64,000 nucleotides of DNA. Origin: Botryllus schlosseri (Eukaryota). Shown one piece after another: positions 14,827-28,200 of this stretch (positions are counted from its first letter, which is position 1; the number at the start of each line of letters is the position of its first letter). A program made the translations under genes and the position numbers. The stretch is taken from the NCBI GenBank assembly GCA_051294905.1, contig CM119371.1:35156001-35220000 (forward strand), read 5' to 3'. The notes beneath the pieces are model-generated. The model was not told the origin of the DNA. It worked only from the letters and a program-made list of their open reading frames with translations, and searched no databases.

Positions 14827-14911
14827 CTTACTCGCCACCGACAATAACATGGACAGAAAGAACAAACTACACCCTGCATGTAACCAACTACACGTCGCGC
14901 GGGTTACATAA
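14827..14911 (-). mobile_element. Putative Helentron/HINE (DINE-1-like) terminus bounding the satellite
   Basis: The minus strand reads TT-atgtaacc-(16 nt)-ggttacat (inverted pair at 14878-14885 and 14902-14909), then gtttgttctttctgtcc, then the tandem array. This resembles the DINE-1 layout of subTIR, IR, microsatellite and central tandem repeats. Confidence 0.45.
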
Positions 14912-15455
14912 TTCGGATAGTTGCCATACTGACCTGATTAGATTGATATATACCCTACACAACGCAAGCTACGACCTTTTTATATATTACTATTCCTCAT
15001 GGCAGTTTCATAGATTGTTGCGTCTGTAGGATTACCAAGTCACCGTTCCGAGTCGTAAGTCCTCTGATTCTTACATTTGACCCGACTCAACTCGAGCCAT
15101 TTTTATTTAATCACCATTCCAATCCGAAAATTTTTATGAAAGGTAGCACAAATCCAGATCACAATTTTCAGTCACAAATCATCAACTGGTCATGTTTTAT
15201 CATCATGAACTAGAAATGTGACGTAATAGCCGATCTTCTACCTCATGGTATTTTTTAAAAGTGATGTTATACTGTAGTTAATTGAGATTTCAGTGATTAT
15301 TATAGTAGTTTTAAGGTGAACTTTAAGTTCTTATATCTAAAAAAGATATGTGGAACTTGAACATTTGTCGAATACTTGAAATTCCGAAATGCCATCGCGG
15401 GTCGCACAAAATGTTCTCGAGGGCCGCATGCGGCCCGCGTGTTTGAGACCTCTGC

Positions 15456-15640
15456 CCTAACCCAAGGGTGTCCTTACATTACGGGCTCACCCTAACCCTA
15501 ATATTACGGTACCCTAACCCACCTTCAAACCTTATAACCGTCTCCCCATATGCTAATCTTACGGTACCCTAACCCAAGCCCTCTCCCTAACGCACCACCA
15601 ACCCTAATCTTACGATTCCCTAACCGACCTCCAACCTAAC
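15456..15640 (+). repeat. Degenerate CCCTAA-rich repeat patch
   Basis: Multiple ccctaac/accctaa motifs separated by short spacers. Similar patches occur at about 26730-26776 and 36040-36470. Confidence 0.55.
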
Positions 15641-18579
15641 AAGACGCGAAAAATAATTTATTTTGATGTTTTGACATGTTCAAGGGAATAATTTATTGGT
15701 GATTATGGTGAACATTGTTCGATGACTGGCCACTATCGAAGAAGCGCCGTTATTTTCAATAAAAGTCATTTTCTTGCTGTTTATCACTAGCCTACAGTTA
15801 ATATTTTAGATGACGGAGCTTAATTTGAACTGGTGGCGGGACGGTTTAAAAGTGGTTCACGAAGACAAGAAGGTTGAGAACCACTGCTCCAGACAGTTCC
15901 AAGGATTCTGCATTTTTTGAAATGACTCTCAGAGTCAGAGTTGTCTGAAATTTGGATACGATGATGCAGATGGCAATACGAAATTTCACATTGCACAATT
16001 TTGCATCCTCGCATATAACGTGTAATTTTCCACATATCTAGTTGGAACTCTTTGTTTTGTGAAGTAGCTTGGCTCATGTACCTGGCTGAATTGGTAAGCA
16101 TCAAAACAAAATTATTTCTTTCAATTTCCAGCTTCTTCAGTGCGTCGTCAATCTACGTGCTGGATCACTGTCTCCACTATGCTGCTGGTGTCCAAGATAT
16201 AGGACTACGTCTTTTCATACACAGAAATGTCGCCAATGAGTATATTGAAGTAGTTTTCCCTCTCGTCAACTACGAGAAATGTGCTTCCCATAGAGGAGCT
16301 CCTACGACACCAACGAAATGCAGTTTGCAAAAAACTTTTCACACCGGTAACAAATTTGAAAAAAACGTCAACGCAACAATTTTGATCAAAATTTAGACTT
16401 TTTTGACATGTCAAAAAATATTAGCCCTAGTCATCACTAATAGTGTAATATTAACATATTCCCCAGTGAAAATTGTGAAGTAGATTTGTAATGCGAAACA
16501 AGTATTTATACTTCCTGTATGACCTTGCATGTGAAATGCATTGATTACCTTGAACGAAAATTGAAAAGGAAGGAACATTCACATAACTTGCCATTTTTAT
16601 TGCTGAGAAATTGCATCATTTATATTAAACAAATATCACCAGAGCAACAAATTACTTGTCCAAATCCTATATCAGACTTTGGTTTGTGTAGGAAAGTAGA
16701 TTTGCGGTTTGTAACTTCTGCTGTCATATATCACACACATATCACTCGCAATTTGCTCTAAGGACGTATGGTAACCCTAGGATATGGGGAAATGAAGTAG
16801 GCCTACTTGGCGGGGCAGGAATCCTGAATGGATATCAATCAATCAGGTTCGATAATATTTTCATCGTTTCAAAACATCACATGACTGCGATACAATGAAA
16901 AGATAGGAAGGTGTCGAAACAACTGGGAGTAGCCTTCAAGATCAGACACCCACATTAGCCTAGGCATGCACAGTTGCACACTGAATGAAAAGTATGCAGA
17001 GAATATAAGACGCAAGCGACGAAATGATGTGGCGGAGGGCGATGTCGATGTTAGATCGTGGTCCGGTAGTCCTGAAGACTGACTAGTATTCATTTAGAAG
17101 AAATTGCTTGTATTTCGACTTGAATGCGGACATGCCCGACGACTGTCGGATAGCCGGCGATATATCGTTGACGCACTTGTGCTGTACTTGTGCGCTTTAT
17201 TGGCTTCGAGGTGAAGTAGTCGTTGAAAGTAGATCTGATTTTCTCTTCTGCTACATCTTAATATTTTGTGATCTACTTACTTACTTTTCGCTATTTTCAG
17301 TTTGTAGAGTAGAAGTAGTTTAATCCCCCAATACGAAAAAAAGCCTGAGGAATTTCGACATTTGCTGTCTTAGGGATGATTTATTGAAAGTATTTCCTAC
17401 AAAATATCTCAACATTTGTTACGAGTGTGCTGGATGATAAGCATGTTTCAATTTACTCAAAATTGCTTCGCGGGCCAGATGAAATCGTCCGACGGGCCGG
17501 ATGTTTGACACCCCCGGTGTAGTGTGTAGCGCAGTGACGTTCATGACTGGTGAGGCACCCCCCCCCCCCCCCCCAACACCCCCAACATACGAGCACACAC
17601 ACAAACACGTACGCACGTAACAATGGCAGTGGGCATAGATAGCATTTTCTGTGCACACCAATAGCCGTTGCGATTCCATATTTTACAATACATGTAGGAC
17701 TGGTCGCTATTTTGCTAAATGGTCAAGTTTACTATCTCTTCAAGTACCGGTATCAATTATTCGGAGCGCATGAAAATAGCATCCTCATTCCTCAGTTACA
17801 AATTTGTTCAGTAAAAAAAAAACCTATTTGCCTAATTTCGAAGGAAAATGTACTAGGCCAAGTCAAAATTTACACTGGATCTAGTGTAAAAACACTAGGA
17901 GTGGCACCACTGACCATGACCAAACAACGACAACGCAGGCTATGTAAGTGTAGCTATCAAATACCACAATTAGGGGTTACAGGTATAGCAGTCGAACACA
18001 GCATAAAGGACACAAAGGAGCTATCACATACCACAATTTAACGCAGCTATGGATGTAAAATATCCAATTTAACGTAGCTATGGATGTAAAATATATAACA
18101 GCTACACAAGTATAAAGGAAAGTATTGACTCCGCATTGCGTGTTGGCCGTCGCTACTATATAATTCCTAGTTACAAGACTGTTGGAAGTTGGATTCCGGC
18201 ATCGATAGCGCGTTTCACTGCGCTTCGACTGTCCAATTGTTAGCGAATAGTGCATGAATCAGATTCGTTTGTGCCTCACCTGGCCATCGTTTCTCTGCGA
18301 TCGCATTGTCTGTAATAAAGCCGAATGAAACATTCATTGGCGATTTTGAGGGGGTTCTACTAGCACAGTATTGTTGCATATTAATAGCTACTTAGCTCGT
18401 CTCTTATCGTACCGTCTCTGTGTTGTTTGAATAGGCTACTCATGTGTTCTGGTTTCTTGATATATGCTCGAGTTTAGATTTGTTAATTTGAATCCGCATT
18501 CCTCTGAACTCTGGTTTAAGAGAATCCCGCTGTGTCGTACACTTTTAAAGAGTGTTTCACTCACCGCGAATAGTTTGAA

Positions 18580-20430
18580 CAGAAACAGGAACGAGAAATT
18601 AAAAGGTGAAAACTGTGTTTGTAACACTCCGTGGAACAATGAATTTGCTTTCTCAGATATAAATGGAAAACCGATTTGTCATATTTGTCGTCGAACAATT
18701 GTCGTAACGAAGCGTAGAAGCTTCAAATGATACAACGTAAGTTTCTTCTGGATTATACATATCGCCTGATCTGGAAAAACGTTGCTGGCTAGGTGTCAAG
18801 CCCAGCAATCCATATTTCGAGGCAGTGTTAACATTACCGACGACGATACAGACTCATTGGAATATCGCTAAACACAAAAAATCTACTGGAGAAGGTATAA
18901 TTTCAATAAAAAATTAACATAGGCCTACTGTGCGAATATTCACTGTTTCCGGAACTTAGCAGAATGGACACCATCACATGACAAATTACGAAGTGGGCCT
19001 ACAGCTGTCTGATGCAACCGTGACCAGAAGAGTAAAAGAAATGTCAGTCGATCTTTTATTGCACGTTGCCGCGTAGACTACATTAGCCCAGTGTTGGGAT
19101 AAAGTCACTATACCTTCGAGTCACGAGTCATTCGACATTTTGACTCGAGTCAAGTCAAGCTCAATCGATTTTCGAAGGTGACTCGAGTCAAGTCAAGTCA
19201 ATCGATTTTTGGAGGTGACTCGAGTCAAGTCGAGTACAGTCAAGTCAAGTCACGAGTCAAGTAACAAGTCAAGTTGCCTTTTCGAAGTATGAGGCATGCT
19301 TACGTCATTGCATTTTACTAGCTCTAGCTGTCTGAAATACAGATTGAGTGGTCATTGATTCTGAACCTATGAACAAATATAGAGATAAAAATCAACGCAA
19401 AAAAGGCGCTTTATCGCTCACATATACGTAGAAATGCTAAACTACGTAAGGAATTACATAGCGTCGGATTAAAGTTACCAGCCAAAATAGAGAATAAAGA
19501 AACGAATTGATAAGATGCAAAACATTACCAATTTACAAATTGATATGATACAATTCTAGCCTGCGCCAATGGTTGAGGACTATATAAACTATATTGCAAT
19601 TCAATTTCAACAAGGCAAGAGGTTTGGTTAAGTTATGAACAGAGATGAGAAATTGACATTTTGCTAATAAATTACTTTACTATACTAGTTTACGACAGCG
19701 TATGCTGTAAGCTTCGATCACTTCGTTTGCGGCCAAGTTATTTGTGAGAGAACAATGGAGGCCTATAGTAAAACGCACGATCATTGAACAATCGGTCGCT
19801 CTCATGGGCTCACGCTCTCACGCTCTCACCAGCGTTTCGCGTACGATCCGAACATATGCAAGACACAATGATGTTTATCGACATCGATTGCTTGATGACT
19901 CGAAATTGACTCGTGAATTTTGCTCCGAGTCACGAGTCAATCCACATTTCTGATACGCCGAGTCAAGTCAAGTCAAGATATTTTAGCAAAGTGACTCGAG
20001 TCAAGTCAAGTCATACGAAAAAGGTGACTCGAGTCAAGTCATGACTCAAGTCATGACTCAGGTCATGACTCGAGTCATCCCATCACTGCATTAGCCTAGC
20101 ATTGGACGAATCCACCGACATCACATCAGACGTTATCTGGGTGGGTTTTATCAGCGAGAGCTCAAAATAACAATGGCCTCGGTAACGAACAAGTTACCGT
20201 AACGCACCCCGGGAAGATACATATTCTTACAAAAAACAGCAGTTTACGAACGCAGTCCATTATTGCTTTAGAATGCATGAAAACGTACTAAGCGCACGTA
20301 TACGAAAGGTAAATAGACTACATTAGCCTAAATTAGTAGCTCACAAATACATGGTAAGAATGTTCTGCGACCCGCGGCCTCTTTTGCTGGTAAAATGCGG
20401 CCCGTTACACATGGGAAGTTGAGACCCCTG
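18580..20430 (+). pseudogene. Degenerate hAT (Buster/Charlie, GTF2IRD2/ZBED5-like) transposase relic, split by a MITE
   Basis: Fragments: WNNEFAFSDINGKPICHICRRTIVV (BED-like, ~18630-18710), LQLSDATVTRRVKEMS (~19000-19045), SLALDESTDI (~20093-20122, first catalytic-D motif). A TIR-like ttgagacccctg is at 20419-20430. Many stops and frameshifts. Confidence 0.7.
19089..20088. mobile_element. 1.0-kb non-autonomous hAT element with gactcgagtc/caagt subterminal repeats
   Basis: TIR cagtgttgggat / atcccatcactg (1 mismatch). 8-bp TSD cattagcc at 19081-19088 and 20089-20096. Confidence 0.92.
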
Positions 20431-22217
20431 GTGTAGCAAGGCTTGGTCGAACACCGCATCGGCACAGCTAGGCCTGATGCGTGTCGTTCGACATCCTTTA
20501 TCTGTTCATAACACCTCATTGTATCTTATCGCATTGTACATTAATTGTGTGTGACTTGTTCACATGAAAAATATAACTCAATGATTATTATATAGTGACC
20601 TATGGACAATGGACGTGATCAACATTTGATCTCTTGAGGGGTGATTTATTGAAAGAATTTCCTACAAAAAATCTCAACATTTATTACGAGTGTGCTGGAT
20701 GATATAAGCATGTTTCAATTAACTCAAATTTGCCTCGCGGGCCGGATGTTTGACACCGCTGGTGTAGTGTATAGTGTGTGGTTGGTGCGACGCAACCACT
20801 AAATTTAAAATCGTAAGATAATTAGGATTATTGTCGTTGCTGAAACTTGGAATTGTCTGCACAGATTGAACTCATTCCGAATTCAAGAAACTTCATTTCT
20901 CTCAGGCGGCTGTAGTGTATATACTTTATGTATTCATTTGCGTCGCTGTTCCTCACCGGCTGACAACCACTGCTTTGGATGTTACCGGCGTAAGATTATA
21001 GAAAATGACCCGCAATTATGATTCGTGACCGAAATCTGTTTATTTGACTCGACATTTTGTACAATGATGAGCTTGGTGGATAGGCATCCTGATTCGAGGA
21101 AAAAGTATGTTAGGGAACCTCGATCGTTATCTCGGTACATCCCAATTGAATCTGCGATACCAATGAACAGATAGAATTCCGACACTACCGAGTACAGTTT
21201 ATCACAGGAGCGGGCAACATACAGCCCACGACGGGATATTGAGCGCCCTGCATACAGTATTCTGTCTTGCATGATAATGCCAACTCTTTATGCTTCACTG
21301 AATAATTCCACGTTTGCCAACCTGAGAAAGATGGCCATGGAGCTACATGTTCTAGTCTACATACATTTTCGACCATGAACATTAACGAGACAAAGCTGCG
21401 TCCCAAGCCAACTGATGTGCGGTTTCTACGTCCGACATGCAGCCTTCGAGTTAAAAGAACTTGTGGACAACTTTGATCGACCGCAGATGTCTCATTGACT
21501 TCAACAGCTACAGAAGTACTACAGCTCGTTAATAAAATCTTTGTGTACTGTTTTTGGTCTCTATATTTTAAACTTAAAGCTCACAGTAGATAAGATTTAT
21601 TCTTTGTGTTGGTGGATAAACACGCGACTGATATATATCCATTCAGGATTCCTGCCCCGCCAAGTAGGCCTACTTTATTTTCCCATATCCGGCCCTCTGG
21701 CTGAAGAAGTTGCCAGCCCCTGGATCATCAGGTATTGTTACTAAAATAGCCGCATATATATATTGGCTGCTATGCGATTGTATATTTCGTCGGCTTTGTC
21801 CAAAAGTATTTCCGCCAACACAAAACATCACTTGACTACGAGTTAGACAAAAAACAGAGGAAGGCCTCCAAGCTACTGATTTGTACTGTTTTCTCTCAGG
21901 CCTTGCTTCCTTATCTCAACGCCAACACAGTAACGCAGAGTAGTGCACGTTATCACAGTAGCAGCTCATAGACATAAGATTTATTCTCTACCAAAATAAT
22001 CTCCACACTAATTCGAGCACAGGCAAAACAAACTACCCGCTTTCAATTATCAAGCCTACAATACAAATAAATGTCTATGCGGTTAAAATCATATCCAACG
22101 CTGACAGTTAACAAATCCCAGAAAATACAGTCAAGACAACGAGGTATTCATCACTAGACAGTTGATAAAATATAGTGCGATAAAATTATTTTAAACGATA
22201 GCAAAAAATATCAGCTT

Positions 22218-25200
22218 TTAACTCTTCAACCCTTTCTGTGAGGTCTTCTTCTTTTGACCGTCGCTGCCATAGGGTCCTCTGGTGACCGTTATTTCTTTCG
22301 TCGGAGTGTAAGGATATTTGACTGCGTGGCTTAACGGCTGTTCTGTCTGGTAGTTCTGAGAACGCATCAGATATAAACAAACGAAAGGTCTATAAATTAA
22401 GAGTAAATTTTGTTTAGGGGTCGGGTTGTTGTAGCGTTTCATATTCCTGGTGTTTCGACTACATTGATAATTTTACACCAGGCCCATATTTTGATTACGA
22501 TCCCGTAATTGCCCACTTGTACCACGGCCCACTTCTAGGCTGCTTCAAGACACCGCTTACCAGGGTTGTAATGGCCCGAGTCATTTCCTCAAAATTACAG
22601 AAATGACTCGATTTGACTCAAACCAAGTCATATGACTCGAGACTCAGACGGCTAAGACTGACATTTCATTGTAATTTCGAAGAATGGTGAAGTAATCACA
22701 CTATTGGGATTTCGTCTATTGGGTCTGGTACTTGAAAATGCGACCTGAAACTGCTAAAAATGGGAAAAATTAGTATATTATAAATGTGAACCATTCGATA
22801 TCACCAAACAGAGTTATAAAAGTGGATTTAACAAGACTTTAACTGGAAACTCGTACTCGAGTCATAATACCATGACTTGGACTCGACGGTGAATTGAAAA
22901 TGACTCGATTTGACTCGAGTCAAAACTATAAAAGCGAGATTGACTTGTGACTCGGAGCCTTGTGACTTACAACCCTGCTGATAACCACCCACTACATTTG
23001 ATTCTAGTGTACCTGAAGGTTTGGATGATGTCTTTCAACCAGTACTCCGTGTGGTGGCGGTCCGAATTTTTCCGCTTTCCCTTGCTGCGTTCTTTTTCCT
23101 GGGACACCAAAACGCACAAGGAACGTTACTTCGAAATATCTACCCTTCGAAATTGTCGAGTTGAATAATCATTGCTCAATTCCAATTGGTAAAAGCGAAG
23201 TCATTGCGGTTGGAAGTTTTGGATTGGCAAAAATAGATGGGACAGTGAGTAATCCCAGAATTATTAATGAAAAATTCGAATAACATTACTTCTACGTATT
23301 GGAATTGCGTCAAATTTGTCTCGCGTCGATTTTGTACACAGCTCCATACTTTCATGGGGTCGACAGTAAAATTTGTAAACTTTTTATTAAAACTTTACTG
23401 TGATAAATTCAAAATTTTCGAACTCCTGCGCGTTCACATCTACCAGATGTAATCGAGCCAAATTTGGCGTGCAGCATTTTATTGAGGCAACCTAACAATT
23501 TGATCAGCAGATCCCCGGAATCCGCGGAAAAAGTTATTTTTGAACAACCAATTCTCTACTAGTTGCCGACGGTTACCCCTGACGAGCGTCAGCCGAAAAT
23601 ATTCGGTTCCATTTCAATATCAATATACTATTCAATTGAATATAGATTGAGAAACTTTGTGAAGTTTACTAGCTCGGCATGAGTTAAAGGGGCACTGCGC
23701 TCTAAAAATGGTGTGGTCTCTAGTTGAAGGGCAAAACGAAAGAAAAATTTTGGCCACAGCCGTTTTTTTCAGAACGCCACCGTAATGGAGCTGTAATGTA
23801 TTGAAATTTCCAGACTTGCAGCACGCTCCAGCAGTTACGCAGAGATCGAACTTTATATAGTTGTCAGCCGATGTTATGATGGAAATATGTCGTACACGCC
23901 AATGTGGTTTAGAAACCGCGTTCAACGGAAGATGTCCATTGCACAGTCAGATCCATGTCAAAACCGGGTCTGGTGTATTCTATTTCCTTCATAACATCGG
24001 CTGACAACGATATAAAGTTCGATCTCTGCGTGACTGCTGGAGCGTGAAGCCCCTTGTGGAAATTTCAAAACATTGCAGCTCCATTACGGTGGGGTTCTGA
24101 AGAAAACGGCTGCGGCCAAAATTCTTATTTCGTTTTGCCCTTCAATTTGAGACCGCACCATTTTTAGAGTGCAGTGCCCCTTTAACAAACCTAGAAACAC
24201 AACACAAACATACCTGTTACTGTAGGCGCTATGTTCGCAGACAACGTTCGACTTCTGTTGACAGGATGCTTACCGCCTACGTTTCTGATCGGCGGGTTCG
24301 AGAGGTACTGAAACCAAGAAGCATAATTTGAATTAAAAACGAAAAGAGATTTCCCAAGCTTCACAAACGCGCTCGTGTTGAGACTTGTACAACTGGATAG
24401 TAATTACAGTGAAATGACGGTGATCTAATTCTAATCAAATTAGTGAAGTTTTTGTATTTTTTTTTTTGATTCCAAACTAATTTCTGGCATTCTTGCAAAT
24501 GCTACAGAAGAGCTGTATAGCGCGAAACGAGCCAAGCTTGCTGTACAGCAGAGATGAGCGTATTTGAAATTTCTGTCCTAATCCAATCCAAATCCGAACC
24601 TTAGAATCCAAATCCAAATCCTAATCCATAACTTTTTCATATTCAAGTATATGTCCAATCCTAATCCGATTCCAACCGGAAATTCAGAAAAAATACTAAT
24701 TTATGCAATGGTGGGATTCGAAAATTTTCTTTCACAACCAACGATTCACTTGATTCAAGATAACTTAGTAACCATAAGTACATTAATAACTGATCTGAAT
24801 AAAGTTTCCCACACGATATTTCAATCTCCCCGAAAATCGGTAAATCCAATCCAAATCCTAATTCGTTCTGAAAAAAATGTCCAATCCAAATCCGACAAAA
24901 TTTCACAAATCCTGTTTTTTCAAAACCTAATTCTAATCCAAGCTCATCTCTGCTGTACAGTAGGGGTGTGTACAGTATTTACGGTGGGCACCACTATAAT
25001 GTATAATTAAGGAATTGGTCCCCGTTTATACTATTTTATTCATAATCTAAATTCTTCGACGGCAATAACTCCTACTGGTTGGAATTGAACCAAATTTGGT
25101 GCGTAGGCCTAAATTAGGTACCCTAACACTTTTATCAGGTAGCCAGTACGATTTGAGAAAAAAAGTCATTTTTGAAGAGCCCTACTGTACAGACATTTCC

Positions 25201-28200
25201 TATTCTCGCGCTCATGATATTAACGGAACTGGGTTCAATGTCCAAGTTTTCGCAAATCAAGTAATTCGTCTCCACTTAAATTTGGAAAAAACTGCAACTA
25301 GCCAATCGGCCAATCGAGGTTTCAAGGCTTCAACACCAGTAAAAAGCATCGAGACTATAATTATCGTTGATAATATAACTCTTAGTACAAACGGGCGTAT
25401 ATTTTCAGTGCTAGATAAAGTCGTATCATTGTGTCCAGCACTAATGCAGCGCAATGTACTGAAAAGGTTCCCCACTCCTGCTATCAACACACTCAATTCG
25501 ATTGGACCGCAAATAAGACACTGGTGTCAATACTGCAGCTTACTTTTCCTGTAACCACAGAGCCTTTGGCGGGGCCGCCGCCAGACACCTGCCGATTCGC
25601 TGGCCCCGAATAGTCAACGGTGACAGACGCGGTGTCGTACGGCAATCGCGTGGGTTCGAAATCTGAAAAATCAACCGAACACACCCGGTAAGATTTTTGA
25701 TACGTGTTTTTTTGTTCCCAAATTTTCATTTGACAAATATTTAAAATCAAAATTTGGCGTCCGAAGCTAAAAGCTGGTGCAACCGAACTCAAGTCACGAT
25801 TTTCTGACGACTCAAGTTGACTCGAGTCCTTTTCCCAAAATATGGAAATCTGTGTATTGACTAGACTTGGACTCGCGTCATTGCGCATGACTCAAACCCG
25901 AACCAAGTCATATGACTCGAGACTCAGACAGCCAAGACCGACATTTCATTGTAATTTGGAGTCATTTGAAAATATAACTCGAGCCAAGTCGAGTCATCAG
26001 AAAATCGTGACTCGAGTCGAACTTGAGTCATTACAACCCTGGAATATACCCATAATTCTACCCAGATTTTCGTATGAGCTACCATTGCGAAGGCTCAAAA
26101 GTATAATATGAGCAAGAATTTATAATACCGGAGTGCACATAGTCTGGTTTCCTGGCCTGGTGGAACTTGAAAGACGCGCCGGGGTTATTTCCGTCCGGGG
26201 CACAGTGCAACGCGTCCACAGCGGCAGCCAACGTCTCCACTTCGCTCGGACCTGACGAAAGAATTTTTAGCAAAAATATTATTTTCGATGAATTTTTGCT
26301 CATCAAGCAAAAATTTTTTAATCAGTATAATCAGTTTCTAACGAAAGAAATCATTTTAGATGGAAAATAGTCAGCCACAAGCAGGCCTGTTTCACTCGTA
26401 CCATAAGTAACTAAATGAAAAAAATTCACTCAACTTACCTGGCTGACCTTCGCCACCCTCGAACATGGACATCGCTTCGAGGTTGAGCGCACACACGCCA
26501 CGCATGAACGCTTTCTTCATAGTCTCCTCGTACTTTTCCCGTTCCTTGTGAAGGCCCGCCACTTCGTTTCTGGCGTTCCTGAGCTGCGCGTTAAGCTGAA
26601 AATTTCGTTTTTGGTAAGTCACGCTAACTCAACAAGGGTGACATCCGCCAGTTAACTTACTACAGATGAATTTACCCGATATCTGAGCATGCGACACTAT
26701 AGCATGCTTCAATTTAGCATACAACTTTATAACCCCAACCCTAACCCTGAAAAGAACCCTTACCTTTATCCTAACCAGGGTTGTAATGACTCGAGTCAGT
26801 CAAGATTATAACCAGGCACATAGCCAGGGGGTTCGGGAATCCACACCCCCCCTGATCTTGAAATGTGAAGCTAATATTCAGTTGCAATTCAATATATCAG
26901 TGTTGCTTGCAGCCAGTTACCGAGAAGCATGTTGCCAATTAGCGAGATCAGTCTGTGCACAATGTAACGTGACGCGATCTCCCGCTGAGATGATTGCGAA
27001 TATACCATCGCTGGCATGTACAATCGCATCTGCATCGGCCTGGTTCCCACAATATCATCGCTGGCCTACACAATCGCATCTGCAATAGGCCTGGTACGAA
27101 AGATATCATCGCTGGCCTAACTATCGCGTCTCGAGCCTAGCATGCTTTGGCTCCGATCTCACGATGGCATGGAGACAATGCAGTTAAGTGTATGCTGGTT
27201 AGCGATTGTGATTGAATAGTGACATCACAAAACTGAATGTCCGCAAATATGCGCGTGCGTACATGCGTAGGTTAATTGATTTCAGTTAATACTTGAACAT
27301 AACCATCAGAAGTTGTGTGTTAATGCTTGAAGTATAAAAGATGAGAACCACCTGAAATCGGTGCCATTATAGAACAGATTCCATAACAACTAGGACAATC
27401 TGACTTGTGCAAATCGTCGCATAGGCAGCGTAATACATGTTGCTAAGCAGGCGTATTTAATTATTCACGAGAGATCAGGGACTCGCTAATTGACAGCACT
27501 TCCGGACTCGTTGGCCAGCTTGTCATGTACGCGTAAGTTTGTCAAGACAAGGAGATTATATAATCGGCATTTACGCATGTACTTAATCATGATGAATTGA
27601 TGCTATACTAGTAAATTCCCCAAAAAAAGAAACCCCCCATTACTTTTCGGCTGGCTACGAGCCTGAATATAACTGTTTATGTACTACCCACTCAAAACGG
27701 GCATCAAATTCTCCCAACCTCTTTAATTTTCTCTTCGTACTCGTCGGTGAGCTGCACGCAGACTTCCTGTGCTTTTTTCTGGCAAGCCTTCTCCACCTTT
27801 TCCTTCCATTTTGCCTCAATCGTGGAGCGCCAGGCCTGCCAGACCTTGAGCGAAATCGTACGCTCTCTGTGTTTCCTGGCGAGATGAGTGGTGAAGCTCT
27901 AAAAGATATGAACCGTAACGTTAGACGCGTCAAAATGCTACAGATTTTACACCGTAGGAGAATGCCTTTGCAGTTACGATCCAAAAAAAAATACGATACG
28001 TATCTAGAATGTGCGCAAATATGGCCCGGAAAAGTACAAAATGAAATCAAACGTTAGGTTGTCTGAAAAACGATGCGTGACAAATTTGGCTCAATCCCAA
28101 CCAGTAGAAGCCAAGTCATTGGATAAATTTTGGATGAAAAAAATAGCATTTACGGTGACAAATTATTCAATTATTTATTATAGATCTACCCATATTCTAT

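Noticed and set aside
15456..15640. Telomere or chromosome-fusion scar
   Set aside because: The CCCTAA motifs are degenerate and interspersed, and similar patches recur in introns, which fits a dispersed repeat.
25096..25554. 152-aa plus-strand ORF and similar short intronic ORFs
   Set aside because: It is antisense to POC5, overlaps repeats and has no recognisable motifs.
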